From NCBI GenBank assembly GCA_963697335.1, contig CAVONQ010000009.1:1-64000 (forward strand): a stretch of 64,000 bases of DNA, in the 5' to 3' direction. The notes under the pieces were generated by a model. The model saw nothing but the letters and a program-made list of their open reading frames with translations. It did no database searches and was not told the DNA's origin. Below, piece by piece: positions 40,553 through 52,192 of this stretch (position 1 is its first letter; every line of letters begins with the position of its first letter). A program made the translations under genes and the position numbers. The DNA comes from an uncultured cyanobacterium (GTDB taxonomy: Bacteria; Cyanobacteriota; Cyanobacteriia; PCC-6307; Cyanobiaceae).

Positions 40553-42138
40553 AGCAGGCGGCTCTCCAGGCTGGCTGCCAGGGCCGTGATGGCCTCGTCG
40601 GCCTCTCCAGCCCAGGGCAACGGGGGCACCACCAGGGTCAGGCGCTGTTCTGCGGCATCGAGCGGTTCCGCCTGGCGCCACTGGGCGCGCAGCACGCCGA
40701 TGTCGGCATCGGAGGGATCGTGGCCCAGACGTTGCCGGTGCTGCAACCGCCCCTCTGCCACCTCAGCCGGCACGGAAAAGCAGAGGATCACCAGCGGAAC
40801 CCGGGCGGCCTGGGCCACGGCGGCCATGGCCTGGCGGTGGCTGCGGCGCAGGAAGGTGGCATCCACGATCACCCGGAAGCCGGCCGCCAGCAGCCCCTGG
40901 GCCAGCTGGGGCAGGCGCTGCTCGAACAGCTCGGCCGTGACCCCAGGGGTGTAGAGCTCGCCGCTGCGGCAGGGGGAGCCATCGGCCAGGGGCTGACCCT
41001 GCCCCTGAATCCCCCAGCGACCGAACAGGCGCTTGCGTTCCACGTCCGAGCGCAGCCGGATGGCGCCGAGCCGCTCCAGCAGCAGACCGCTGCCGTGGGA
41101 TTTTCCCGACCCCGACACCCCATGGCAGAGCATCAGGCCCGCCGGCCCTGGCTGGGTGAGGAGCTCCGCCACCTGCAGATAGCGCTCCACCCGCCCGCTC
41201 TCCCCGGCCAGGGCCGCCACCTTGGCCCGCACCAGGGCCCGGTAGCTGGCATACCAGGACCAGAGGTCCAGGGCCCCGTAGTCGCCGCTCTGATCCAGCC
41301 AGCCGTTCAGCAGCCGGTAGGCCAGGGCCTGCTCGCCGCGCTCCTGCAGGTCCATCACCAGGAAGGCCAGGTCGCTGATCGGATCGATCCAGCGCAGGGC
41401 AGGGCTGAACTCCAGGCAGTCGAACACCTCGATCCGCCCGCGCTGCAGCAGCATGTTGCCGAGGTGCAGATCGCCGTGGCCTTCCCGCACCTGGCCGCGG
41501 GCCAGGCGTTCCGCGAAGCGCTGCCGCAGCTGGTCAAAGCTGCTGCCGATCCAGCCCTGCAGCTGCAGCAGCCGTGGAGCCAGGGCCGGATCGCCGTGCT
41601 GCAGCAGGCTGGTGATGTTCGCCTGCACCGGCTCCAGCACGGCGTCTGGGGTGCCGTAGGGCCCTTCGGGCTCGGCCTGGGCCGCCTCGGCGTGGAAGCG
41701 GGCCAGCCGCTCGGCCAGGGCATCAATCTGCTCGGGCCCCACGGCGCCCCGGGCCAGGGCCGCCGGCAAGAGGGCGTCCTGGGGGAATTCGGCCATGCGC
41801 ACGGCGTACTCCAGGCCGCCGGGCCCCGGGGGTCCAGCGGCATCCTGCTGGGGTCCTGGGCCGGGCTCGGCCTCCACACCAGCGGCCAGGCGCGGCTGCT
41901 CCGGGCTGCCGCCGATGGCCACCACCCCCTGGTAGATCCCGGGGCTGAGGCGGCGGTTGAGGCGCACTTCCTCGTGGCAGCACTGGCGCCGCCGCTCCAG
42001 GCTGCTGAAATTCACGAAGCCGAAATCCACCGGCTTCTTGAGCTTGTAGGCCGTGTCGCCCGTGAGCAGCACCCAGGAGATGTGGGTCTGCAGCAGCCGG
42101 ATCGGGCCCACCGGATGGGGGTAGGCCTCGGGGCGCAA
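40540..42138 (-). CDS. Bifunctional aminoglycoside-phosphotransferase-like / AAA_33 kinase (start uncertain, possibly 42162)
   Basis: QTHISWV, AYKLKKPV, EGHGDLHLGN, FDCLEF, GVSGSGKS, RSDVERKRL, VDATFL. Confidence 0.86.
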   Translation of the reverse strand: MRPEAYPHPVGPIRLLQTHISWVLLTGDTAYKLKKPVDFGFVNFSSLERRRQCCHEEVRLNRRLSPGIYQGVVAIGGSPEQPRLAAGVEAEPGPGPQQDAAGPPGPGGLEYAVRMAEFPQDALLPAALARGAVGPEQIDALAERLARFHAEAAQAEPEGPYGTPDAVLEPVQANITSLLQHGDPALAPRLLQLQGWIGSSFDQLRQRFAERLARGQVREGHGDLHLGNMLLQRGRIEVFDCLEFSPALRWIDPISDLAFLVMDLQERGEQALAYRLLNGWLDQSGDYGALDLWSWYASYRALVRAKVAALAGESGRVERYLQVAELLTQPGPAGLMLCHGVSGSGKSHGSGLLLERLGAIRLRSDVERKRLFGRWGIQGQGQPLADGSPCRSGELYTPGVTAELFEQRLPQLAQGLLAAGFRVIVDATFLRRSHRQAMAAVAQAARVPLVILCFSVPAEVAEGRLQHRQRLGHDPSDADIGVLRAQWRQAEPLDAAEQRLTLVVPPLPWAGEADEAITALAASLESRLLQGI

Positions 42139-42179
42139 CAGCCCCTGGATCAGGGGCGGCAGGGTGCCGTGCTGGTCGA

Positions 42180-43118
<939 letters not shown>

Positions 43119-43125
43119 TCAGGAT

Positions 43126-44723
43126 TCAGGCGGAGAAGTGGGCCTTGGCGGCGTAGAGGGCCTCACCGTCAATCAGGGCCAGCCCTTGCTCGCGGGCATA
43201 GGCCTCGGTGTTGCGCCGCACCTTGCCGCGCACGAAGAAGGGGATCTTGGCCAGTTCGGCCTCGCCGGTCGGGTCCCAGCTGGGGGCGCTGGGGCCGACC
43301 GGAGTTCGCTCTTCGCTGCCGGGGTCAGGGGCGGCAGCGGGGGCTGGAGCCGTTTCGGGGGGGGCCTGGCCGCCCAGATGGCTGCGGTGGCCCTCCACGA
43401 ATTCGAAGTCGTGGCGGAACATGCCGATCAGGTGCTCCTCCAGGCCCATCATCAGCGGGTGCACCCAGCTGTCGAAGAGCTCGTTGGCGCCCTCCCAGCC
43501 CATCTGGGGGGCATGGCGGGCCGGCACGTCCTGCACGTGCAGGGGTGAGCTGATCACGGCACAGGGGATGCCGAGGCGCTTGGCGCTGTGGCGCTCCATC
43601 TGGGTGCCGAGCACCAGCTCCGGCATGGCCTCGGCCATGGCCCGCTCCACCTCCAGGTAGTCATCGCTGATCAGGGCCTCGAGGCCCAGCTCCCGGGCGG
43701 CGGCCCGCACATCCCGGGCCAGCTCGCGGCTGTAGCTGCCCAGGCCCACCACCTCAAATCCCAGCTCCCGGCTGGCCACCCGGGCAGCGGCAATCGCATG
43801 GGTGGCATCGCCGAAGATGAACACCCGCTTGCCGGTGAGGTAGGTGGAGTCGACCGAGCGGGAGTACCAGGGCAGTTGGGAGGAGCTCTCCGGGGCCATG
43901 GGCTGCTCCTCGAGGCCGAGCACCTGGCGCAGCTCGCTCAGGAAGTCGCGGGTGGCGCCGATGCCGATCGGCACCGTGCGCACCACCGGCTGGCCGAAGC
44001 GCCGCTCCAGCCAGCTGCACACCGGCCCGGCCACCTCCGGATAGAGGCAGACATTGGCATCGGCCGCCGGGATGCGCACCAGATCGGCGGGGTGGGCTCC
44101 CAGGGGCGCCACCACCGCCACATCGATGCCTTCGGCGCCCAGCAGGCGGCTGAGCTCGCGTACATCGTCGCGGCAGCGGAAGCCCAGCAGGCTGGGGCCG
44201 AGCAGGTTGACCCGGGGCCGTCGGCCCTCGGCTCGCCAGCGCTGGGCCGAGGGTGGCGGCGTGCCCGGGGCCGGCATCTGGGCCTTGAGCAGGTGCCGCA
44301 CCAGTTGGTAGAAGGTCTCCGCCGCTCCCCAGTTCTCCTTCTTGGAGTAGGCCGGCAGCTCCAGGCTCACCACCGGCCTGCCGCCCAGGTCCATGCCGGC
44401 CGCCAGGGAGCCCGGCTGGTCCTGGATCAGCTCGGCGGTGCAGCTCTCACCCACCAGCAGGGCCTCGGGCTGGAAGCGGTCCACCGCCTCCTGGATCGAG
44501 CGCTTCACCAGCTCGGCGGTGTCACCACCCAGGTCGCGGGCCTGGAAGGTGGTGTAGGTGACGGGCGGGCGCCGCTGACGCCGCTCGATCATCGTGAACA
44601 GCAGGTCGGCATAGGTGTCGCCCTGGGGCGCATGCAGCACCAGGTGCACCCCCTCCATGGAGGCGGCGATGCGCAGGGCCCCCACGTGGGGAGGGCCTTC
44701 GTAGGTCCAGAGGGTGAGTTCCA

Positions 44724-44724
<1 letters not shown>
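43126..44724 (-). CDS. chlB: DPOR subunit B
   Basis: [37 protein letters not shown]-terminal PCP_red ([15 protein letters not shown]). Confidence 0.96.
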
Positions 44725-46118
<1,394 letters not shown>

Positions 46119-46163
46119 TCAGTGGGGTTTGTGATGTGGGCGCCGCCGTGTCAGGAGATGAGG

Positions 46164-48242
46164 TCAGGGGGCCAGACGCAGGTCCACGGTGCAGGGCCGC
46201 TCTGCTCCGGTCTGCCAGGGCGCCGCCAGGGGCCAGGTCAGGGGGGTCGGTTCCACTGGCGTGAAGCTGAGGGCTTCGGGTTCCAGCTCCCACTGGGCCA
46301 GGGGCCTGGGGCCGAGGCCCTCGCCGGCGCTGCTGCCGGTGAGCGGCACCAGTTGCAGCACCAGGGGCATCTCGGGTTCGATGCCGGGGTGGAAGCAGGG
46401 GTAGAGGGCGCTGGCGCGGTAGCGCACCGCCAGGGGGCCGGGGTGCCGCAGGGGCAGGGGGCGGCCGTTCAGCACCAGGGCGTAGCGCTCGGCCAGGGCC
46501 CCGGCGCCCAGCAGCTCGAAGCGGCGCAGGGAGCCGTCCACAAAGCGGCTGGTGAAGCCCCCTTCGCGGGGGGTGTCGCAGATCAGGGGCCAGGGCTCCA
46601 GGGCCGGCAGCAGGGTCAGTTCGGGAGCGTCCGGCGCGGCGGGGTCGCGCCAGCGCAGCAGCGGCGGGAAGCGCCACTCCCAGATCGTGCGGTAGGGGGC
46701 TGCATCGAGGGGCAGGCCGGCGGCCTCCAGGTCGGCAAGCACGGCTTCGAGGTCGGCCCAGAGCTGGCTGGGCAGCAGCATCTGATCGTGCAGGGCTCCG
46801 CCCCATGGGCGCAGCCGGGGCGGCCGCCGGGCCGGATCCAGCTGCAGGGCCGCCAGCTGGGTCCAGAGCAGGGCGATGGCGGCCATCCAGTCGGCCTGGG
46901 GCAGGCTTTCCAGGGCCCGGAACTCGATCAGCCCCAGGCAGCCGGCCGGGGCGCCCGGATTCCAGAACTTGTCGAGGCTGATCTCGCTGCGGTGGTTGTT
47001 GCCGGAGCGATCGGCATGCAGATGGCGCAGGGTTTCGCCGATCAGCTGGCGCTGCTCGCCGCGGGCCCGCTCCAGCACGGTGTAGGCCAGTTCCAGGTCG
47101 AACAGCTCGCCGAGGGCCTCATCGGGCCGGGGGGCCTGGGAGGACGGACCCACGCTCGAGCCGCTGAACAGATAGGCGAGGCTGGGATGGTGCTGGAAAT
47201 AGCGCAGGATTCCCACCAGCCAGTCGGGGCGCGGGAAGAAGGGATGCCGTTGCAGGTCGCGGCTGCCCCAGAGCAGGTGGTTGCCGCCGCCGGTGCCCTG
47301 CTGGCCGCCCGCCTCGCTGAGCTTCCAGCTGCGCAGGCCCACCGCGGCCCCGGCCACCTCGATCAGCCGCAGCCAGTCGCGGTAGGTGCTCCAGCTGTCG
47401 CACACGGGCAGGTTCACCTCCAGGACGCCCGGATCGGCGGTGAGGCCGAGCACTTCCCAGCCCTCGCTGGCATCCACCGGCAGCAGGCCGCTGAGATCGG
47501 GCCCGGCCAGGGGTGCGGCCGTGAGCGGACAGCTGGCCTCGCCGCTGATGGCCCGCAGCAGCACCTCGGTGGGCTGCCGCTCCAGGGGCGGCAGAAACAG
47601 GCCCCAGCCGGCGGCTCCGAAGCCCCCGGAGCCGATCTCCAGGGTGAGCAGCTGGCGAGGCAGGTCGTCCGGGAAGTGGTCCAGCGGCAAGCGCAGGCCG
47701 GCCGGCCCCGGGGCGGCGGTGAGGCGACGTTGTTCCAGGGGCAGCTCCCAGCAACCGCTGCTCCAGCCGTCCTGCTCAGTCCAGGTGAGCGGAACGGCCC
47801 AGACGGCCCGCTCGGGATCGCTCTCATCCAGCAGGCGCAGGGGCGCCAGGGCAATGCCAAGGCGATCGCCCAGACGCTGCAGCCAGGTCTCCCCGGCAGG
47901 GGCCGGCAGCGCCACACCCGTTGCCGCAGGGGTGGGCCAGGGGGCGATGGGAGCGCCGTGGCTGCCGGTGATCAGCCTCAGCGCCCAGCGAGGGTTCACC
48001 TCGCCTTCGTAGCGCTTGCCGCTGCAGTAGAGCAGCGTGCTGCCGGGCCAGGTGCGCTGCTGGATCGCCGCCGCCAGGGCGCGGGCCACGGGCAACTTGG
48101 TGGGGCCATCCGCCGCCACCGACCACTCCAGGCCCTCGGGGTCCAAGGGCACCAGGGTGGGCTCACCGCCAAGGGTGAGCGCGATTCCGGCAGCCTCAAG
48201 CCGCCCCTCAGCCCGCCGGGCGGCTTCCTCCATCCAGGACAT
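46164..48242 (-). CDS. DUF2126-like putative amidoligase (no N-terminal transglutaminase domain visible)
   Basis: LTLGGEPT, ADPGVLEVNLP, GTGGGNH, HPSLAYLFSG..VGPSSQAPRPDE, GNNHRSEISLDKF, LGLIEFRALE, ALEPWP. Confidence 0.78.
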   Translation of the reverse strand: MSWMEEAARRAEGRLEAAGIALTLGGEPTLVPLDPEGLEWSVAADGPTKLPVARALAAAIQQRTWPGSTLLYCSGKRYEGEVNPRWALRLITGSHGAPIAPWPTPAATGVALPAPAGETWLQRLGDRLGIALAPLRLLDESDPERAVWAVPLTWTEQDGWSSGCWELPLEQRRLTAAPGPAGLRLPLDHFPDDLPRQLLTLEIGSGGFGAAGWGLFLPPLERQPTEVLLRAISGEASCPLTAAPLAGPDLSGLLPVDASEGWEVLGLTADPGVLEVNLPVCDSWSTYRDWLRLIEVAGAAVGLRSWKLSEAGGQQGTGGGNHLLWGSRDLQRHPFFPRPDWLVGILRYFQHHPSLAYLFSGSSVGPSSQAPRPDEALGELFDLELAYTVLERARGEQRQLIGETLRHLHADRSGNNHRSEISLDKFWNPGAPAGCLGLIEFRALESLPQADWMAAIALLWTQLAALQLDPARRPPRLRPWGGALHDQMLLPSQLWADLEAVLADLEAAGLPLDAAPYRTIWEWRFPPLLRWRDPAAPDAPELTLLPALEPWPLICDTPREGGFTSRFVDGSLRRFELLGAGALAERYALVLNGRPLPLRHPGPLAVRYRASALYPCFHPGIEPEMPLVLQLVPLTGSSAGEGLGPRPLAQWELEPEALSFTPVEPTPLTWPLAAPWQTGAERPCTVDLRLAP

Positions 48243-48402
48243 CGTGGCGATCGGCGGTGCAGTAGGTGGGGACGGGGTACGGCTCGGCCGTACCACCGCT
48301 CCATCCTGCGCTCTTGTCTGGCCCTGCAGCCACCGCTGCATGCAAGGGCAGCACAGCATTGGTTTAATGGCGCAGCGATCCGGCCCTCGGATCCGGATCT
48401 CC

Positions 48403-49530
48403 ATGGCCAGCCTCCGCTGGCGCCCCTGGCGCCGACGCCGTCCCCCATCCACCCGGATTCGCCGACCCTGGCGGGCCCCGCTCGCCCTCGTGGTGCTGGT
48501 GAATCTGGCTGCCCTGGGCTACCGCCTCACCGAGGGCTGGGGCTGGGCGGACTGCTACTGGATGGTGGCGATCACGATCAGCACCATCGGCTTCGGCGAG
48601 GTGCAGCCCCTCTCACCCGCTGGCCGTCTGGTGACGGTGCTGCTCATCCTGGGCGGCCTGGTGGTGGTGCAGATCAGCATCCAGGGGGTGCTCGGCCTCT
48701 CCGAATCGGGCTATTTCAGGCGCCTGCGCGAGCGCCGTTTCCGCCGCTGGCTCAAGACCATGCAAGACCACGTGATTCTCTGCGGCTACGGCCGCATCGG
48801 CCGCGAGATCGCCGAACAGCTCAGCCGGGAGCGGGTGCCACTGCTGGTGGTGGAGCTGGACCAGGAGCGCAGCACGGCTGCCCAGGAGCGCGGTCTGCCG
48901 GTGCTGGTGGCCGACGCCACCCTCGATGAGACCCTGCTGGAGGCCGGCATCCACCAGTGCCGCTCCCTGGTGGCGGCCCTGCCCAGCAACGCCGCCAACC
49001 TCTATGTGGTGTTGAGTGCCCGCGGGCTGGCCCCCTCCTGCCGCCTGATCGCCCGCTCCGACAGCGATGAGGCGGAGCGCAAACTGCGCCTGGCCGGAGC
49101 CGACCAGGTGGTGAGCCCCTACGTGAGCGGCGGCCGCACGATGGCGGCCACCGCCCTGCGGCCCCTGGCCGTCACCTTCATGGACCTGTTGGCCGGCACC
49201 GACTGCGAGGTGGAGGAGTTCCGGCTCAGCACCGACCCCGGCGATCTAGGACGGCTGCTGGGCATGAGTCTGGGGGAGCTGCAGCTGGGGCGACGCACCG
49301 GGGCCCTGGTGCTGGCCGTGCAGCCAGCGGCGCCGATCCATGAGGTGGTGCGCCAGTACCGGGGCACCGCCTACAAGGTTGAGGAGCAGACCCTGATCGC
49401 CAATCCGGGCAGCGATCACCGCCTGGCCGCAGGGCAGATGCTGGTGGTGATGGGCAGCAAGGCCCAATTGCAGGACGTGTCCGAGTTGTTCGGCCCGGCC
49501 CTGATCAGCGTCGAGCACATGGCGAGCTGA
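48403..49530 (+). CDS. Potassium channel with TrkA-N/RCK domains
   Basis: TISTIGFGEV pore, HVILCGYGRIG, ADQVVSPY. Confidence 0.88.
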   Translation: MASLRWRPWRRRRPPSTRIRRPWRAPLALVVLVNLAALGYRLTEGWGWADCYWMVAITISTIGFGEVQPLSPAGRLVTVLLILGGLVVVQISIQGVLGLSESGYFRRLRERRFRRWLKTMQDHVILCGYGRIGREIAEQLSRERVPLLVVELDQERSTAAQERGLPVLVADATLDETLLEAGIHQCRSLVAALPSNAANLYVVLSARGLAPSCRLIARSDSDEAERKLRLAGADQVVSPYVSGGRTMAATALRPLAVTFMDLLAGTDCEVEEFRLSTDPGDLGRLLGMSLGELQLGRRTGALVLAVQPAAPIHEVVRQYRGTAYKVEEQTLIANPGSDHRLAAGQMLVVMGSKAQLQDVSELFGPALISVEHMAS

Positions 49531-49569
49531 GCGCTCGGCACCGAGCGTTGGCTCAATGTGCCTGGCGGA

Positions 49570-50190
49570 TCAGCTCTCGGCCTCTTCGAGGATCTGGCGC
49601 TGCAGCTCGATCTGGTAGCCCTCCACCATGGCTTCGAGGGAGGCCTCCTCCTCGTCGTCCACCTGCAGGGCCTCCGCCAGGGTGAGATCGGGCACCTGGG
49701 CGGTGCCGATGGCGGTGAGGGCGACCCCCAGGGAGGCGCTGTCGCGGTGCCAGATCGAAGCGGCCTCGGCCAGCTTGGCGAGCACCTCGTCCTCCATGGG
49801 GTCGCCGCGGCGCTGGGCCAGGGCCACCGCCAGGCGCCGGTCGTCGAACACGGCCGCGGCGGCGAGATGGGCCGCGTGCAGGGCCCCCAAGCTGTACACG
49901 GCCTCGGAGCGGAGGGTGAGCAGGCTCTTGCTGAGCGCCCGCTCCCTCACGCCCTGCCAGGGTGCCGAGGGCAGGCTGTCTTCGCTGGCGCCGGGGGCCT
50001 CATCCAGGCCCGCGATGGAGGGCAGCTTGGGGTTGGCCAGGCCCGTGCCGGCGAGGGCGGACTCGCCCGGAGCCGCACCGCCGGCCAGCAGCGCCGGCTG
50101 GCGCTCCAGCGCGAGGCTGGGATCTCGCTCGGGATCGAGCCGATCGCCAACGCGGCGGAGCCACTGACCCAGTCGTGCGCGCATGCCCAT
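49570..50190 (-). CDS. Hypothetical protein
   Basis: Open frame with host codon usage and acidic helical C-terminus. No family recognised. Confidence 0.5.
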   Translation of the reverse strand: MGMRARLGQWLRRVGDRLDPERDPSLALERQPALLAGGAAPGESALAGTGLANPKLPSIAGLDEAPGASEDSLPSAPWQGVRERALSKSLLTLRSEAVYSLGALHAAHLAAAAVFDDRRLAVALAQRRGDPMEDEVLAKLAEAASIWHRDSASLGVALTAIGTAQVPDLTLAEALQVDDEEEASLEAMVEGYQIELQRQILEEAES

Positions 50191-50292
50191 GCCCTGTTTT
50201 GCCTGCCGCTGCCCTCCACTGTGCCCCTCCCGGGCCGGAAGCGCTCGCTTGGGGGTCGCTGCGGAGACCCGCACCCCACAATGCACCCTTGT

Positions 50293-50310
50293 TTTGTAAC
50301 GTGTTGTGAA
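50293..50310 (-). promoter_or_regulatory. HLR1 (RpaB)-like direct repeat upstream of the nblA-like gene
   Basis: Minus strand TTCACAAC-AC-GTTACAAA; second octamer is a perfect match. Confidence 0.5.
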
Positions 50311-50329
50311 CACAGCCCAGCAAGACGCC

Positions 50330-50521
50330 ATGGAGACCCTTTCCCTCAGCCGCCAGTTCGCCATGGAGGCCCATGCCCGGGCGATCGATTCCTGCGACAA
50401 CGTCGAGGAGTTGCGCACCGTGGCCAAGAGCCTGCTCCAGGCCTGGCAGCTGCAGGCCTCGATGAGTGAGGACCTCGTGGCCCAGCTGATGGGCCTGCAG
50501 CCCCGCCCCGCCGGCCTCTGA
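50330..50521 (+). CDS. NblA-like small helix-loop-helix protein
   Basis: 63 aa, METLSLSRQF...EELRTVAKSLLQAW; L-S/T-L-x-x-x-F start typical of NblA-like proteins. Confidence 0.55.
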   Translation: METLSLSRQFAMEAHARAIDSCDNVEELRTVAKSLLQAWQLQASMSEDLVAQLMGLQPRPAGL

Positions 50522-50548
50522 ACACGGCTGCTGAGCCCCAGCCTGGCC

Positions 50549-51478
50549 TCAGGGCAGCGCGCTCCACAGCACGGTGGCGGCGCCAAGCACCATCACGGCG
50601 GCGGCGAGCAGTCGGCGACGCCCCTCGGCCTCGCCCAGGGCCACCACGCCGATGCCGCTGCCGAAGAGGGTGCTGAGCCGTTTGATGGCGATCACATGCA
50701 CCACGGCGGTGTTCCGGATCGCCTCCATCTGCCACACCGAGCCCACAGCCCCGGCCAGGGCCGCCACCAGCAGGAACGGCAGCACCCCTCCCCAGCCGAT
50801 CCGAGCCTTGCCCCTGGCCTTGGCACGGGCTGGGCCGCTGGCCAGGCCTCCCGGCAGCGACAGCCCCAGCAGGCTGCCGCCGATCACCAGCTGCAGGGAA
50901 ACCACCCACAGCACGCTGCCGCCTGCCTGCACCCCCAGCTTGTCCATGGTGGCGGCCATACCCCAGATCACGGCCACCAGCAGCATCCAGCGGCACCCGG
51001 GGCTGGCCCAGAGCTGGCCCAGCCCCGCCATGCCCCCCGACGCCAGCCCTCCCCTGCGGCTGCGGCCCAGCAGCAGGGCCCCCAGCACGAGAAGTCCCAC
51101 GCCGGCCGCGGCTAGCGGGCTGGGCCGCTCCCCCAGCACCCACCAGCCCGCCAGCAGCAGCACCAGGGGGGAGAGGTTGATCAGCGGCAGCACCAGGCTG
51201 AGGTCCTCCAGAGCGATGGCGCGGCCATAGCCCCAGAAGGCCAGGGCATTGAGGCTGCCGCCCACGGCCAGGGCCGCCAGGAACGCCCAGCCATCCAGGG
51301 GCTGGGGTCCGTTCAGCAGCAGGGGCAGGCCCAGCAGCAGCGCGGCCAGGGCACTGCTCAGACCGATCACCCGCAGGGTGCTCCAGCCGGACTGACGCAG
51401 CACCCTGCGCAGGGCCAGATCGCGCAGGGTTTCCAGTACCGCTGTGCCGAGGGCCAGCAGCGCCCAGGGGAGCACCAC
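50549..51478 (-). CDS. EamA/DMT family transporter
   Basis: About 10 TM; DLSLVLPLINLSP, LGERPS, IAIKRLS, LGE. Confidence 0.85.
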   Translation of the reverse strand: MVLPWALLALGTAVLETLRDLALRRVLRQSGWSTLRVIGLSSALAALLLGLPLLLNGPQPLDGWAFLAALAVGGSLNALAFWGYGRAIALEDLSLVLPLINLSPLVLLLAGWWVLGERPSPLAAAGVGLLVLGALLLGRSRRGGLASGGMAGLGQLWASPGCRWMLLVAVIWGMAATMDKLGVQAGGSVLWVVSLQLVIGGSLLGLSLPGGLASGPARAKARGKARIGWGGVLPFLLVAALAGAVGSVWQMEAIRNTAVVHVIAIKRLSTLFGSGIGVVALGEAEGRRRLLAAAVMVLGAATVLWSALP

Positions 51479-51599
51479 GGGCTAGGCGGCCCCCAGGCCA
51501 GCCTGGCCATGGCATGGGGTCCTCATTCCGCGAAGAATCGCCACCTTCCCAAGCCTCTCCCTGTTCTGCTCTCCACACTGAAGGAAAGCCTCCCGGTCG

Positions 51600-52037
51600 A
51601 TGCGGGCTTCGATCAACCATGCCCTGCGGCTGATCACCCTCTGGATCGCCTGGCTGCTGGCGATGCTCTTCCATGTGGACCTGGGCCTGATGCCCCTGTT
51701 CCACGGCCAGTCGCCGGAGATCCACAGCCAAGTGCAGGAGGGGGCATTGCCCTTGCTGTTCGGGGCGATGCTCGGCTACTTCCTGCTGCCGCTGATCGCC
51801 ATCGTGCTGATCGCCTACGCCGCCACCACGGTCGGTCCGGCCACACGCTGGCGACCCTGGCGGCGGATCCACTTCTGGTTCAGCGTGGTCTATTCGGTCA
51901 CCAACGTTCCCCATCTCCTGGCCGACATTCTGGTGCCCGATGCCCGCCTCGATCAGATCGTGCTGATGGTGGCCCTCACGGTGTTCGGGCTGTTGATCAA
52001 CCTGGAGGCCTGGCACTGGTGGCGGCAGAACCCCTGA
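51600..52037 (+). CDS. Hypothetical 4-TM membrane protein
   Basis: Four hydrophobic segments; AMLFHVDLGLMPLFHG; several His at helix ends. Confidence 0.7.
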   Translation: MRASINHALRLITLWIAWLLAMLFHVDLGLMPLFHGQSPEIHSQVQEGALPLLFGAMLGYFLLPLIAIVLIAYAATTVGPATRWRPWRRIHFWFSVVYSVTNVPHLLADILVPDARLDQIVLMVALTVFGLLINLEAWHWWRQNP

Positions 52038-52082
52038 CGGGGTGGGGCGGCAGGGGGGCCGGGAACAGGCGCTTGTTGTCTT

Positions 52083-52102
52083 TTATGCGCTTACAGCGAT
52101 AA
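52083..52102. promoter_or_regulatory. Candidate repressor operator upstream of psbA (D1')
   Basis: TTATGCGCTTACAGCGATAA imperfect palindrome, 13/20 identical to 59988-60007. Confidence 0.45.
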
Positions 52103-52192
52103 CAGGCTATCGTTTCCAGCAGGAGCTCGCCGGCGCGGCCCTTCGCGGCGCTGCCGGCGCTGGGCTCCTCGTCAACGCATCGCCTGGATCCC

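Noticed and set aside
50295..50312. NtcA site upstream of the nblA-like gene
   Set aside because: GTA is not followed by TAC at N8; an HLR1-like repeat fits better.
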